NCBI GenBank assembly: GCA_037379345.1
Contig: CM074511.1
Span: forward strand, 8,680,001 to 8,744,000
Reading direction: 5' to 3'
DNA: 64,000 nucleotides
DNA from: Perna viridis
Taxonomy: Eukaryota
Shown here: positions 1-11,964 of the stretch, one piece after another
How positions within the stretch are numbered: position 1 is the stretch's first letter
How the letters are laid out: every line of letters begins with the position of its first letter
Notes under the pieces: generated by a model
Seen by the model: only the letters and a program-made list of their open reading frames with translations
Told to the model about the DNA's origin: nothing
Database searches by the model: none
Made by a program: the position numbers and the translations under genes

Positions 1-2080
1 CGAGGGACATTGACTTGAAAGAGAGATTCCAATTACCTCAAATTAACTTAGTGCTGAAAAAATCAAAGAACATGCAATTGTAAAGGTTCATGTCCTCAGA
101 TTTGTAGCTAACAAAATCTATTGCTATTGTCCATCAGTAGGCTTAAAATCTTCTGTAACAAAATTATTCTGTCATCAAATTTTATGCCAAGTAAACTGAT
201 TCCTCTTTTTATAATTACTTCTAATAACAACCTACAACTTATTACGACAAAGTTTCACATTAAATCATTTTGCTTGATAGAAGCTGAGAAAATTGTGACA
301 AAAAATTCTTGACAAAGGATGGCATAAGTCGTCAAGGGAATGAAGGAAGACCAAAACAAACAATACTTATAACTTAATAATAAATGATGCTTACAATAAT
401 CAAAGAGGAGGTCAACAAAATAAAACCAAAAAAAATGGACTTTTGAGTACTGTGTAGTAATTACTATTGTAATGCCCACACATTTTAAGGCAGAGCTTGG
501 TTTTCAGGCTTGAACAAACAAGAGTTAAGGCAAGGTCAGTCAAGGTTAGGGTCTGGTCAACTCAAACTTGAGACCAGACCAACACAGGCAAGGGAAAACT
601 TCTGTGCAAACCAAGAAAATAGGTGTAATCCAGGCAAAGTTTGGTTTTAAATATTTAAACATTATAATAAGAACAAGATATCAAAAATCCAAACAGACTG
701 ATAGTAGTTATTTATGGACTACCAACATTTAATAAAGGAAAAACAACATTGTTATTTATTTGTCAACAACTATCAGACTTTCCTTTACTTGTACTAATTA
801 AGCATGTAAATTATCCACATATTTTAACCCTGATATAGTTTACCATGGATATAGCAGAATGAAACTTCAGACAACCTTTAATTTTAATAGAGGTTCTTTT
901 CCCCTGTAAATTCAATAAACAAGTCTAAAAGGTTGTCTAATGGCATCATAGCCACTTTACTTCATCTTTACTATAGGTTAAATAGTTTCTACAGTCTATA
1001 GACAAATTAAAAGTCAAGTCAATTTTACATGAGATACTGTATCAGTCTCATTACAACATATGTACAATACATGACATCATATTCAAAGACATAATCATCG
1101 AAGACAGTCCATTAGGACATGATAGACAACACAGCTAACAACCTTAACTGATGGATTACAGCGCATACAATGATGATGTTCATTTGATAATGAGGTGTTA
1201 AATAACAACATAAATGGTCAGCTCATGGTAAAACAAGGACAAAATGGAGTTTCTGTAATTTATTTTGATTCTAATAGGACTAATTTCTTCATAATTTTAA
1301 ACAGACACAGCTCTTGTGTTGCATGAAATGTTGGTCATGTGTTTATCACCCTCTTACCATGGCTGTTGTCTAAAGAGCTTTGTCAAATTAGAATGCAATC
1401 TTTATCATTGATGGGATGGTTTGTACAGGAGTCAAGTACGGATAGTTTGTACAGGAGTCACAAAGGAATGTTTTGTACAGGAGTCAAGAAGTAATCCAAT
1501 CTTCACTTCATCATCTAACTGTACTTTAGGGAGTAATTGTCCTACACAACCCTTGATCTTAGGAATTCTTCATACATCTTGCTTCCTCCTCAGTCCTAAT
1601 CCAATTAATATCAATTGACAATACAACCTTAGGCTTTTGTCATTTCCTTGGTAAATCTATTCTTGATGCAGATTATTGTTCCTGAAGATTTTCTACTACT
1701 GTTAGGCAAAAATGAACTAGAAAGACATTCAGAGAAAACAGATAGAATCAAATCAATTTAACAGCATCAGTCGAACACAATATATGAAGAAAAATAGAGG
1801 AAAATATCCTCTAGGTTCTACTTGAGATTATATAACATCCAGTAATTGTTTGGATCCCACCTGACTTATTACAGCTTTCCTAAGGAAATGTAGCTCAGAT
1901 AATCATCTTTAAAGCTAATCATTTCAACACAAACAATGGTTTCAACTGGTGCATAGCTTAGTTACAGTACATAACACAGTCAAATGGGTAAAACATACCA
2001 TCAATATATTGACCTCATTATGAATGTCAGAATTCAGTACTCATCCTTCACAGTATCATGCAAGCTATTGTACCATAACA

Positions 2081-2520
2081 AAAACTAGTAAAACTGTGAG
2101 CAAAGCTCACTAAATTGATGCACCTTGCTCTCTCTTTGATGTTTTGCTATATGAAACCTCCATTTCAAAATCTAAAGTAAAAGGTATATAATTCTGTTTA
2201 AGATTCCGTGAAAGTTACAATAAATTCAGTGATGTAGAAGAAGTTGTGGATAAAAGATGGGTGCCCTGCATTCATAAAAGCCATGTTTTTCTTTGGAAAA
2301 GCTCCAAAACACATTCAGATCAAATTTGGAATAGAGGGTGCACATCTTCAATATTCAATAAATATTTTGAGAAAGTTTATTCTACTTGTATTCAATTCAG
2401 TGGCATGGGTGGAGTATTGGGTGAGAAATGGTTTCCTCTCTACGTCACAGAAATACAGAGGGAAGTATGGACACTCCTATTACTGTTTCACCCCTAACTT
2501 TGCAAGCCAAAAAATTAATA
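2081..2520 (-). mobile_element. Degenerate Helentron-associated non-autonomous element (HINE/DINE-like)
   Basis: Terminal hairpin GTGAGC-AAA-GCTCAC next to ACTAG at ~2084-2110. A decayed GACA/GGAC-like tract and an A-run lie at the other end. Architecture mirrors the + strand element at 26551-27132. Confidence 0.5.
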
Positions 2521-2867
2521 CATTTGATTTGATGGTATACATGTATATGGAAAGTCGGAAGAGCTGAAAAGAATCAAGTTTTCATTATTTTAAAGTACAA
2601 GTAGAGGCCACAGTAAAACCTTAAACACAGATTTGAGCTCATTAAGCAATGCACTTTCATTTGCCCCCATTAAAATTAGAAGACAAACTACCAACAATTT
2701 CACACTTGATAACAAAAATTAGCAAAAGGTGTATAATTAGCATAAAAAGTTCCAGTTTTCATTCATGAGTATCGTTTAAATCACTCGATGAGGTATTATG
2801 GATTGATTTGTTTTTTATATAAAAGTAAAGAAGGGTAAATCAACATACTAAAAAAGAAAGGTTATAA

Positions 2868-3032
2868 AAAAGAACACAATCCTGGGATACCAACAAGACA
2901 AGGAAAAAAGACACACACAGCAAAGACCAACCAAAACAACACATCCATAAAAACAAAAATAAATGAGCAACTTGGACCATGTGCACTGGTAGGGTAAGCA
3001 TGCTCTGCTTTTCTAGAAACACCTGCTGAGTG
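2868..3032 (-). mobile_element. Solo 3' tail fragment of the Penelope-like family
   Basis: Its reverse complement matches 25430-25620. For example TTGGACCATGTGCACTGGTAGGGTAAGCATGCTCTGCTTTTCTAG corresponds to CTAGAAAAGCTGAGGATGCTTACCCAACCAGTGCACTTGGTCCA. Confidence 0.7.
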
Positions 3033-4927
3033 AAAAAAAGGTGCAATCTTACATACTCTGCAGGGCTTTTAAAATACTAATACCTAACAACAGATTGACT
3101 TGTTAGAAGTTAAGATTAGAGCAGTGACCTAATTCAAAGTCATTTCAAATCTAGTTCACATAGGGAAAATCTATTTCTGGAGTTATGAACACAACTTTGT
3201 GTTGAAGAACAAATTCTTTCTTGCCACATGCAACATCAAGAAGTTAAATTTTTTCAATGCTTCAGTGAAAGAGCTTAATTGACAGCAATAATGGAACAAA
3301 GAATAAACAGTGATATTTCCCAGCTGAGACATATCCTTCAAAAGAATGCAGACCTATTTTTGATATTTTGCATTTTATTGTCAAACTGCTGTCATGCACT
3401 GCAACATTCATAATTAAAATCATGTTTAATTTGGTTGCAACAATTCAGCCATCTTTTCATATTAATTATGTGATAATTATAATTATGACAACTGATCAGG
3501 AGGAAACTTCACATAAAAATCAGAATTTGACAGCATTTATATATTTTATTGGCTATAAAGAAGATAAGTGACACAAGTTACCACATAGTGAGACATACAT
3601 GAATTTATAATATGGACCTCACTGTAAGATCAAAGCAGTATTGTACAAAATTAAATAGAAAAATAGCTTATACACAGATTTACATATATCATCATTAGGA
3701 TAAAGAGAACCATAATATCGTGATTAAATTAAGTCAAAATCACAATGATAGACATTTTGTAAAAAGATATTTATAGATAGTAAAAAAAAACCTTATCATA
3801 CTTCAATAGATCTGTACAACTCTGAATAAGTTCATGATAGGGAATCACACAGTATTTGAATTTGGTTTCATGCTGACCGTTCAATTATTTCTACTGTATG
3901 TGAAACCTATTGACACACCCTGTATGTGTTGTTATGAAAACATGAGAGAAATAAAGTTCCATTCCAATAAACAGTTGCAATAAATATGGGACCTATTTCC
4001 AGTTAACCTAGGCCAATGTTATTTCATTTTTTTTTCAATTAATGCATGAGGTTACTATCTGTTGTCAAGTCATCTACTGTAATGTAAATATAACTAAGTG
4101 TCTAAAATGACCTTGACATTGGCTTTTATACTTGTAGACTGATGATATATACACATAAAAAATGAGAAGGACTGTATTATATTCTATGTCTATAATTAAA
4201 ATCTTAACCTATTTACTCTGCCCCAATGTAATTAGTCTAATTTTCAAAGGCAAACATTTTTACCTTCTCATAAGTGGAAGCCCAAAATATTTTTGTATAT
4301 TTTTTTTTACACTTTTGGATCAGGTCTACATATGTATTTCAGTTTCATAAAAACAATATTTGAAAAATCTGCCAGCATGGCTTAGAATTTAATGGTCACC
4401 CCAACCCCTTCATGAAAAATTATAAAAGAAGAAACAGCTGTTCATTATACATATGTGGAGCCAAAAGTCAAGTATAACATAACAATTACATTGAATCTCA
4501 CAAAATTACACTGATCAATTGCACAGAATATCATCTGAAAAGATCTTTGTTCAATATTCATAGCGTAACTAGAAAAAATCCCCTGAACTCACTTACATAA
4601 TGTTGCCCTATAAATATACCTCTAAATGAGTATTTTATGATAATAGCTCATCAGTAAACAAACACATTATCTCTAAATTGTGAATCATGGCCCAGAAAAT
4701 TCATCAATCATATTTTTTCTTCATCATATCTTTTTGATGTGTGAGATTTTTACAGCTTCAGCAGCTAAATTATTATATAACATAAGCAATAGATCAGTGA
4801 GAAGATTTCCAAGTCCTACACATCACAGTCATGATGACTTATATTGTATACAAAACCTTGGAAAAATACGAAGTTTTAATAACAAAGTTATTAGGCACAG
4901 TGATTTACAATGACTTAAGCCAGAGAA

Positions 4928-4957
4928 ATTATTATTATTATTATTATTATTATTATT
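4928..4957. repeat. (ATT)n microsatellite
   Basis: About 10 perfect ATT units. Confidence 0.9.
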
Positions 4958-5440
4958 TAGTCTATACATTCACATCTTGTAGTATTTTAAATAGAATTTT
5001 ATAATGTGTTGGTGTTTTTTATCAGATCTAAAAATATATACATACTGGAATGCACTTTAATTCAAAAGTCTGTTTTGTGTATGGCAGTAACCAATTGATT
5101 TCTAGGGTGAAAGATTATTTAACTAAGTAAGTCATATTTTTGCTGAAATTTTCCACGCAAGTTTTAATTTTCCACATTAAGCTAATTATAAATTTGTTTA
5201 TTCGTCATTTCCCAACAAAAAATTCTTGTTCAAATTTCATATTACAAATATGATCCTAGCCCAGATTGAAAAAAAAAAAAAAATCCTTCAGTATAACTGG
5301 TGTATTGTAACAATGCTTGTGCTTTAAGAAATTTTTCTCAACAACAAAAAAAAAAAAAAAAGAAACCAATAAAAATAATAGAAAATCAAATATGGGATAT
5401 TTTGGTAACCAGAGTAACCAGACAGTAAGTTAAAACTTAC

Positions 5441-5519
5441 CCATGCTACACCAACCTTACATGATCCATTCTTCAATATTTAGTGTGTAATCTTATTTAT
5501 GCTACCAGTCTGTGACCAA
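5441..5519 (-). other. Candidate 79-nt exon of a minus-strand host gene (5'UTR-type, ending ATG-G, phase 1)
   Basis: Strong acceptor TTTTCCTCTTTTTTTACAG| at 5520 and consensus donor TGG|GTAAGTTT at 5440. All three frames from the acceptor contain stops, but the exon ends GCATGG|gt. An alternative donor ATG GAT CAT|GTAAGG lies 20 nt upstream. Confidence 0.5.
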
Positions 5520-6240
5520 CTGTAAAAAAAGAGGAAAATCAATTATCTTTTAGCAGAAAAAATATTAAAATAGAATGTCATGAAAGTTGTGCTGTTTTCC
5601 AATCATGAATACATGCATTACAGACACGTTTGACATTTAACTCTTTAAACAAGTAAAAAATTGGGTGTTAGATTTCAATAATAATTCAACCAAATCTAAG
5701 TTACTTTCCCTTTCCTTTAATTTTTGGTTTTACCATCATTATCTGGAGTTATCATTATAATGCTGTTTTTCCATCATTTTATTCAGTCACTTCTCTCAAG
5801 AGGTCAACCATAAGTTTAGTATTCAAAGAAATTGAAGAATATAAGGAACCTTAATAACTTTGATAAATGAAAAGAATGCACACCACATTTGACCTGTCTC
5901 ACAAATAATTTCAAAGGAGACTGATTATGGACAGAAGCTCAGAAGGACAAAATTCGACAAGTGAAAAGTCTGATTTAGTCCATACTAGCAATCACCATAC
6001 TATTTAACTCAATAAGTGAATGGTCACAAACAAAGCAATTTAATACAAGTTTTCATATAATTTGGATCAGTAAAAGAACTCCACAAACAAAATCTATTGT
6101 AAATTTAAAAAAAAACAAGGAACTGCTAAAAATAGGGGTAAAGAAGCTGTTGACAAGTTCATCTCAATGATGAAAGTCAAATTAAAAGTTTCAATACTTG
6201 AAAATGATACTAATTCAATGCATATAAATATAGCATTCAA

Positions 6241-6715
6241 AATGGTTGATAACAATGCAGATAAATATACCCCTGCAAAATGGCTGATAATCATGACAGG
6301 TCAATGTACCCCTGCAGAATGGTTGATAATCAATACGGGTCAATATACCCCTGCAGAATGGTTGATAACCAATACAGGTCAATATATACCCCTGCAGAAT
6401 GTTTGATAATCAATACATGTCAATATACCCTGCAGAATGGTTGATAACCAAGACAGGTCAATATACCCCTTCAGAATGGTTGATAAACACAATACAGGTC
6501 AATATACCCCTACAGAATGGTTGAAAAACAATGCAACGCAATATACCCCTTCAGAATAATTGATAAACAATACATGTCAATATACCCCTGTAGAATGGTT
6601 GATAAATAATACAGGTTAATATACCCCTGTGGAATGGTTGATAATCAATGCAGGTCAATATACCCCTTCAGCATTGTTGATAAAGGTCAATATACCCCTG
6701 TAGAATGGTTGATTA
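6241..6715. repeat. 39-bp minisatellite, ~12 copies
   Basis: Unit AATGGTTGATAATCAATACAGGTCAATATACCCCTGCAG, starting at 6241, 6279, 6318, 6357 and onward. Confidence 0.95.
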
Positions 6716-9471
6716 GAACCTTTATGGTTTACAACCAGTAGAGGTAAATATATGTGATCAAAAAAATGCTCACAAACCCTCCACTAGTTGTAATGTTTTA
6801 TTTAATTTTTACAAATTTTCTTTTCATCGTTGTTTACAAGTCATAAACATAACAATGTACAGATTTCAGAAACTCATGAAAGAGTTCACAGATAGAACTA
6901 ACAAATGAGTACCTACTGAACACTTGTTATCACCTTATGTTTTTATTCAGCCTTTTATTTTTATTATCTATTATAGGTTATTTTAGTTTATATTTCTTGT
7001 TACATAAAGAATAAATGTAACTTATTGACATCATGCTGTTTTATTGGTAACTAATGGAAATATGATGTTAAGCACCAGAAAAACTTGAAAGTGTAAAGAA
7101 GTTAACCTCAAGCTGTGATCCAAATCAATCTGTCATAGATAAAAACTATGATCAAAGTGACCTGAGGCTTATTGAGACATTTTCATCTAAGAAAGACAGC
7201 TTAAATGGTCCACAAATTGGAAAATATTTACAACCACCTTCCCAGAGTCATGCTCTTAAATAAGAGGCTCCAAAATAGATTAAATTGTAATTAAAGTTCT
7301 CCTTGAGAGGAAAATGAAGAGGTAGATCCAGGATTTGGGATCAGAGATAATGTTAGAAATAAAACTGCCAAGTGCTGTAAGGCAAGAAATGTTTTGGTTC
7401 ATACTTTACAAAAATCAACATTTCATTTTATTTTTGAGGGGGTACAACAGGTCTCCACTTGAATTAATGCCAGGAAAGGTAAGAAAATCACATATAAATG
7501 AAATGATTGCAGTTGTAATCTTCAATATGTCAAAAACTTTTGAACTCCTTACAGAATATATGATGTTGCTGGATTAATCTATGTTGCTAGTATAATGCTT
7601 CATTGGTCCCAGAAGGCCAAGCCAATCAAATACAGAACTAACATTGTCCACTCAAGCAAGGAGATTAGCAGTGAAAAGGTCAGAGACAGTGAGCAACAAT
7701 AGATTTAGATTGACAGCTGCTGACAGGCTATGTAACTTATACCAGTCAATATACTGGATACACCACAAAGTTAATTAGGATAGAATCAACACTATATACA
7801 GCAGACAAATTAACACATGTAGTGCAACTACTTACATAGTCAAATCAGCACTATATTCAATTGAATACTAGTACATTATGATAAAAAAACCAACACTATA
7901 ATATTTTAACAGTGGGGACTCATATTTCCATTGCACAAAAACTACCACAGATTTGCCAAAATAATTTGTTTAGTCATTGATAGTAACAGATTATTCTAGC
8001 TAAGGAGTCAGTTGAAAACCACCAGCTGAAAGAGTGCTCCACATGAAAATCTATCTAGTATTTCCAATAATTATATATTTTTTTTTGAAACACAAGATTT
8101 TAGTGTTTCCTGTAAAGAGACAAGCCTGGGAGCCTCCAAGATGCACAAGGAGTTATAATAAGTATGATAAAACTTCTTATTAGTACAGACACAATGCTGG
8201 ACTTTCCTCAAATATTACAACTTAATCTTGTTATAGTAATATTTAAAAAATGAAATTCAAAGTGGGTAAAACTAAAACAAATTTCTTGGTTATAGATCAA
8301 AAGAAAGAATTACAAACTTCCTTTGTTTCCTAAATTAAACTCACACTAAAAACAATTCCAAAGACAAACACATACCGGTAACTAAAACTTCCATATCTAA
8401 GATGGCTGATGAAACATATATCTTAACGGTCTCCTGTTAAACTCAGCAGACAAATATGCAATAAGGAAATAAATGATGGTCATGCAGTATCATTAGTGAC
8501 TTGGAAAAAAAACATTAACAAAATTTAACATTTAGTCAACCAAAAGCAATTTTGTAACATAAAATATAAAATGCAAATAGGAAAGACTTGGTTTAAATCT
8601 GATAAAACCAGTAATCTGTATATCCATGGAGAGGATGTATACATTGAACTGTTCTGAAAGCTCAGTAAAACTAATGGATTCATCATAGCTGTTCAATTGC
8701 ACCTAAAAAACTTGAATGCACTTACTATTAAAAGTTCTCAACCAGAATATTACACAAAATAAAAGAACCTTTATCCAATTATATTCCTATAAATACATAG
8801 AAATTAACAGTTTTTGATGTTTGTAACCAATGTATTTTATCTTTTTGAAGTTTAGCTGTTAATAGTTGTAAAAGGAGAATAATTTATCAAAATGTTCAAT
8901 TTTTTTCACTAAAAATAAATTCCCACCTAAGAAGAAACCAGAGCTGTAATATTCCTACTAAAGATCTAATTAAGATTAATAAACATATAACTAGACATTA
9001 TATATTCATAATTCTTACAGTATAGCTGTAAAATTATCAAAGTAAAGAAAAGATGAACTTGCAAATGATTTCTTTATAATTTTTTTTCTGCTTAATGACA
9101 AAATAGTTCTATCTTAACTTCTTTAATCTGATTTAGTCACCTAAATGTACTTATTATGGTCTAATCAATCAATTATAAATCCTACAGTAAATAAATCCTA
9201 CTTACTAATGAGGTATGCTGGTACATAAAGAATGAGTTCAACCTAGATAGACCAATAAAATAGATTTCTGGTTCAAAATAAAGAATTATCATTTTCTCCT
9301 TTTTAAAAGGTACAAAATTACATGGGAAATAAATCACACTGCTGGCAATTTTGAAAATCTTCATAACTTAGTGAAAAAGAAAACCAATACTCCTAAACAA
9401 TTTACAGTATACCAGTGAAACTTGATGAACTTTATAATGCACTGCTCAGACTAGATACAAGTAAGACTAAT

Positions 9472-9604
9472 AAAGGGAACCAAGATTCTAGCGGAAATCA
9501 AAAAGAAAGTAATCCAGGGACTAAGACCAGAAATGGAAAACAGATATACACAACAAAGAACATTAAGTAACTAAAATAATACACACAAAGTGACAAAAGT
9601 AAGT
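9472..9604 (-). mobile_element. Solo 3' tail fragment of the Penelope-like family
   Basis: Its reverse complement closely matches 25520-25650. For example AAGGGAACCAAGATTCTAGCGGAAATCAAAAAGAAAGTAATCCAGGGAC corresponds to GTCCCTGGATTACATTCTTTTGATTTCCTCTAGAATTTTAGTTCCCTT. Confidence 0.8.
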
Positions 9605-11221
9605 CCTCCAGTAGTGATAATATTAGTCTAAAAATCTTAAAAGTATGTGCACCTTATATTGCATCTCCTCTTACATATATTTCAAATAAAATGATTGATA
9701 TGTTTCATACCCACAGTCAATAAAATATGCAAAAGTGACTCCTATCTTCAAAGCTGGTGAAAGGACATCAGCTAATACTTACAGGCCAATTTCAGTCTTG
9801 CCTACTCTAGAAAGGCATGTATCTGACCACATGAATAAGTTTTTTATCTAAACTGTTGCATCCTTCACAATCAGGGTTCACACCAAACCATTCCTGTCAA
9901 ACAGCACTCATAAATATTACTGATCAATAGTTACAAGAGATGCGAAATGGTAATATTACCATAGCTGTACTTGCAGATTTTTAAAAGGCCTTTAATGTAG
10001 TGGATCATGATATTCGATGTAGAAAACTGAAAATGTATCAATTTTGTGACAAGTCTGTAAATTTCCTAAAATCTTATTTAAGTGGAAAAGAACACAACAA
10101 GTAAACATTCACATGGTGTTCCTCAAGGTTCAATTCTTGAGCCTCTGCTATTTGTATTATTCATCAATGACATATCCCTATGTGGTAACAGCTGTAAAAC
10201 TGACTTACATGCAGATGATACTACTTTGCATATATCAGGGAGAAATATCAATGACTTGCTGGCAGAAATGCAAAATGAGTTATTTAATATAGAAAAGTGG
10301 TGTAAGAATAATATCATGTACATTAATATAAACAAAACTAAACTTATCTTAATTGGGACTGGACAAAGATTGTTATCACAAACTTGTCAACCAGAAGTGA
10401 AAATTCTATTAGATATTATAAAAAAGTCATCATGCGAAACACTACTTGGTGTAAAAATTGACAATTGTCTGACATGGAGAGAACATATAGACACAATTTG
10501 TAAAAAATTGTCTTCTAGAATTTATTTGTTGTAAAAAATTAAGTACTTTCTTAGTATTAAAGTGAGGACAACTTTCTATATAGAGTGGATGTAGTAATGT
10601 GAATTTGAATAGAACATTAAAATTACAGAAGAGAGCAGCTAGATGAAACTAGATGCTGACCATACGTCACCCTCTGCCCCATTATTCAGACAACTTGGTA
10701 TTATGAATGTTGACCAAAGGATTAAATATCATAAATATTTGCTTATGCATAAAATGGTTAAAGGTCTAGCGCCAAAATATCTTATAGATAAGTTCTACAA
10801 ATCAGACTTACTTAATGAGAAGTAAAAAAAGACAGGAAGTTTGTAGTCCCAAAACCCCTAATTGAACTTTACAGAAAATCTTTTGAATATTCTGGTTTAA
10901 TTACCCAATACATTATGTAATATTTCAAAGACAAATTGCTTTAAACATAAAGTCAAGCAGTATTTGAGTGACAAGTGATTTGTATATAAACCAATACAGC
11001 TATGTCTATGTATTTTATAACAATAATACATATTTGTATTAGTTACTTTTGTTTTGTTTTGTTTGTTTGTTTTTTTTTTTCCTTGTACTATTTTGTCATG
11101 TTTGTAACTTATGTGGACATAATTTCTGACTCCATATGTGTTGCATGAGGGCCTCAGGGAAGATTAGTTCTTGTAAACTAACTGTATTACCCTCTCAAAA
11201 TGAAGTATATTATTATTATTA
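9605..11221 (+). mobile_element. 5'-truncated, decayed L2/CR1-group non-LTR retrotransposon (RT pseudogene, 3'UTR, (ATT)n tail)
   Basis: Across frameshifts and stops it reads KVCAPYIASPLT, AKVTPIFKAG..YRPISVLP, QSGF..HSCQTAL, DF*KAFNVVDH, GVPQGSILEPLLFVLFIND, LHADDTT, LLGVKIDNCLTWREHID, LQKRAAR and SAPLFRQLG. The 3' end GAGGGCCTCAGGGAAGATTAG...CCCTC is followed by ATT repeats. Confidence 0.93.
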
Positions 11222-11964
11222 CATTAGCCAGGCACAGATTGAAGGAATGGTGCACTATGCATAGCCACCACACCCTAAAATTCAGAAAAATAATATTTTG
11301 ATTTTTCAAAAGTTTTCTTATAAATAAAAAGTTTTTGCCTCACTTCGGTCAGTCAATAATATTCTATTTACACAACCCTCACCTAAATTTCCGGATCCAC
11401 CCCCGATGGTTAACCATATCAACAATGAAAAAATGGATTTTTACATAAAACTGGACAGAAGTATTAACACAAAGAAATATGTATGTTCAGTGACAACCAT
11501 CAATGTCCTCTGCATAAGTAGCACCATGCTTGCTGGTCAAGCACAGGTCATCATGTTCCCTTAAAGTAACAGCAGCACATTAAATTATTTCAGGTAGCAA
11601 AGTGATGACTTTTCCTAAAAATTCAATGGCAATGACAAATCATAGTGATTTTTTCCCTATGAAATGCTTAACATCCTTATTCATTCAAGGTTGCATAACT
11701 ATTGATCACAATAAACCATTTATACCCTGGTATGAAAATCCTGACCATAGAATAATTGAAACTCAAAAGAGATACTAGCAATAATAGATAAAAGATTGAT
11801 CTACCAAGTGATGAAAATTACATTTATAGTAAATGATATGAATCCTATTCTAATATGCCGAGAGCTGACAGAAAAATGAGAAATAAACATTGATTTAATT
11901 AATGGCAGCTCCACACAGTTAATTTCATAAATAAGTATTGACTGGAAACAATGACCTCATAAAA

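Noticed and set aside
6167-6406. ORF with a 13-aa repeat (QYTPAEWLIINTG)
   Set aside because: Artefact of a 39-bp minisatellite; later units frameshift and stop.
10082-10534. 150-aa RT ORF as a functional or domesticated gene
   Set aside because: It is a stop-free piece of a LINE that is frameshifted on both sides, with the catalytic YADD/FADD altered to HADD.
11229-11405. Possible small MITE ending GGATCCACCCCCG
   Set aside because: The left TIR is too degraded and no TSD was found.
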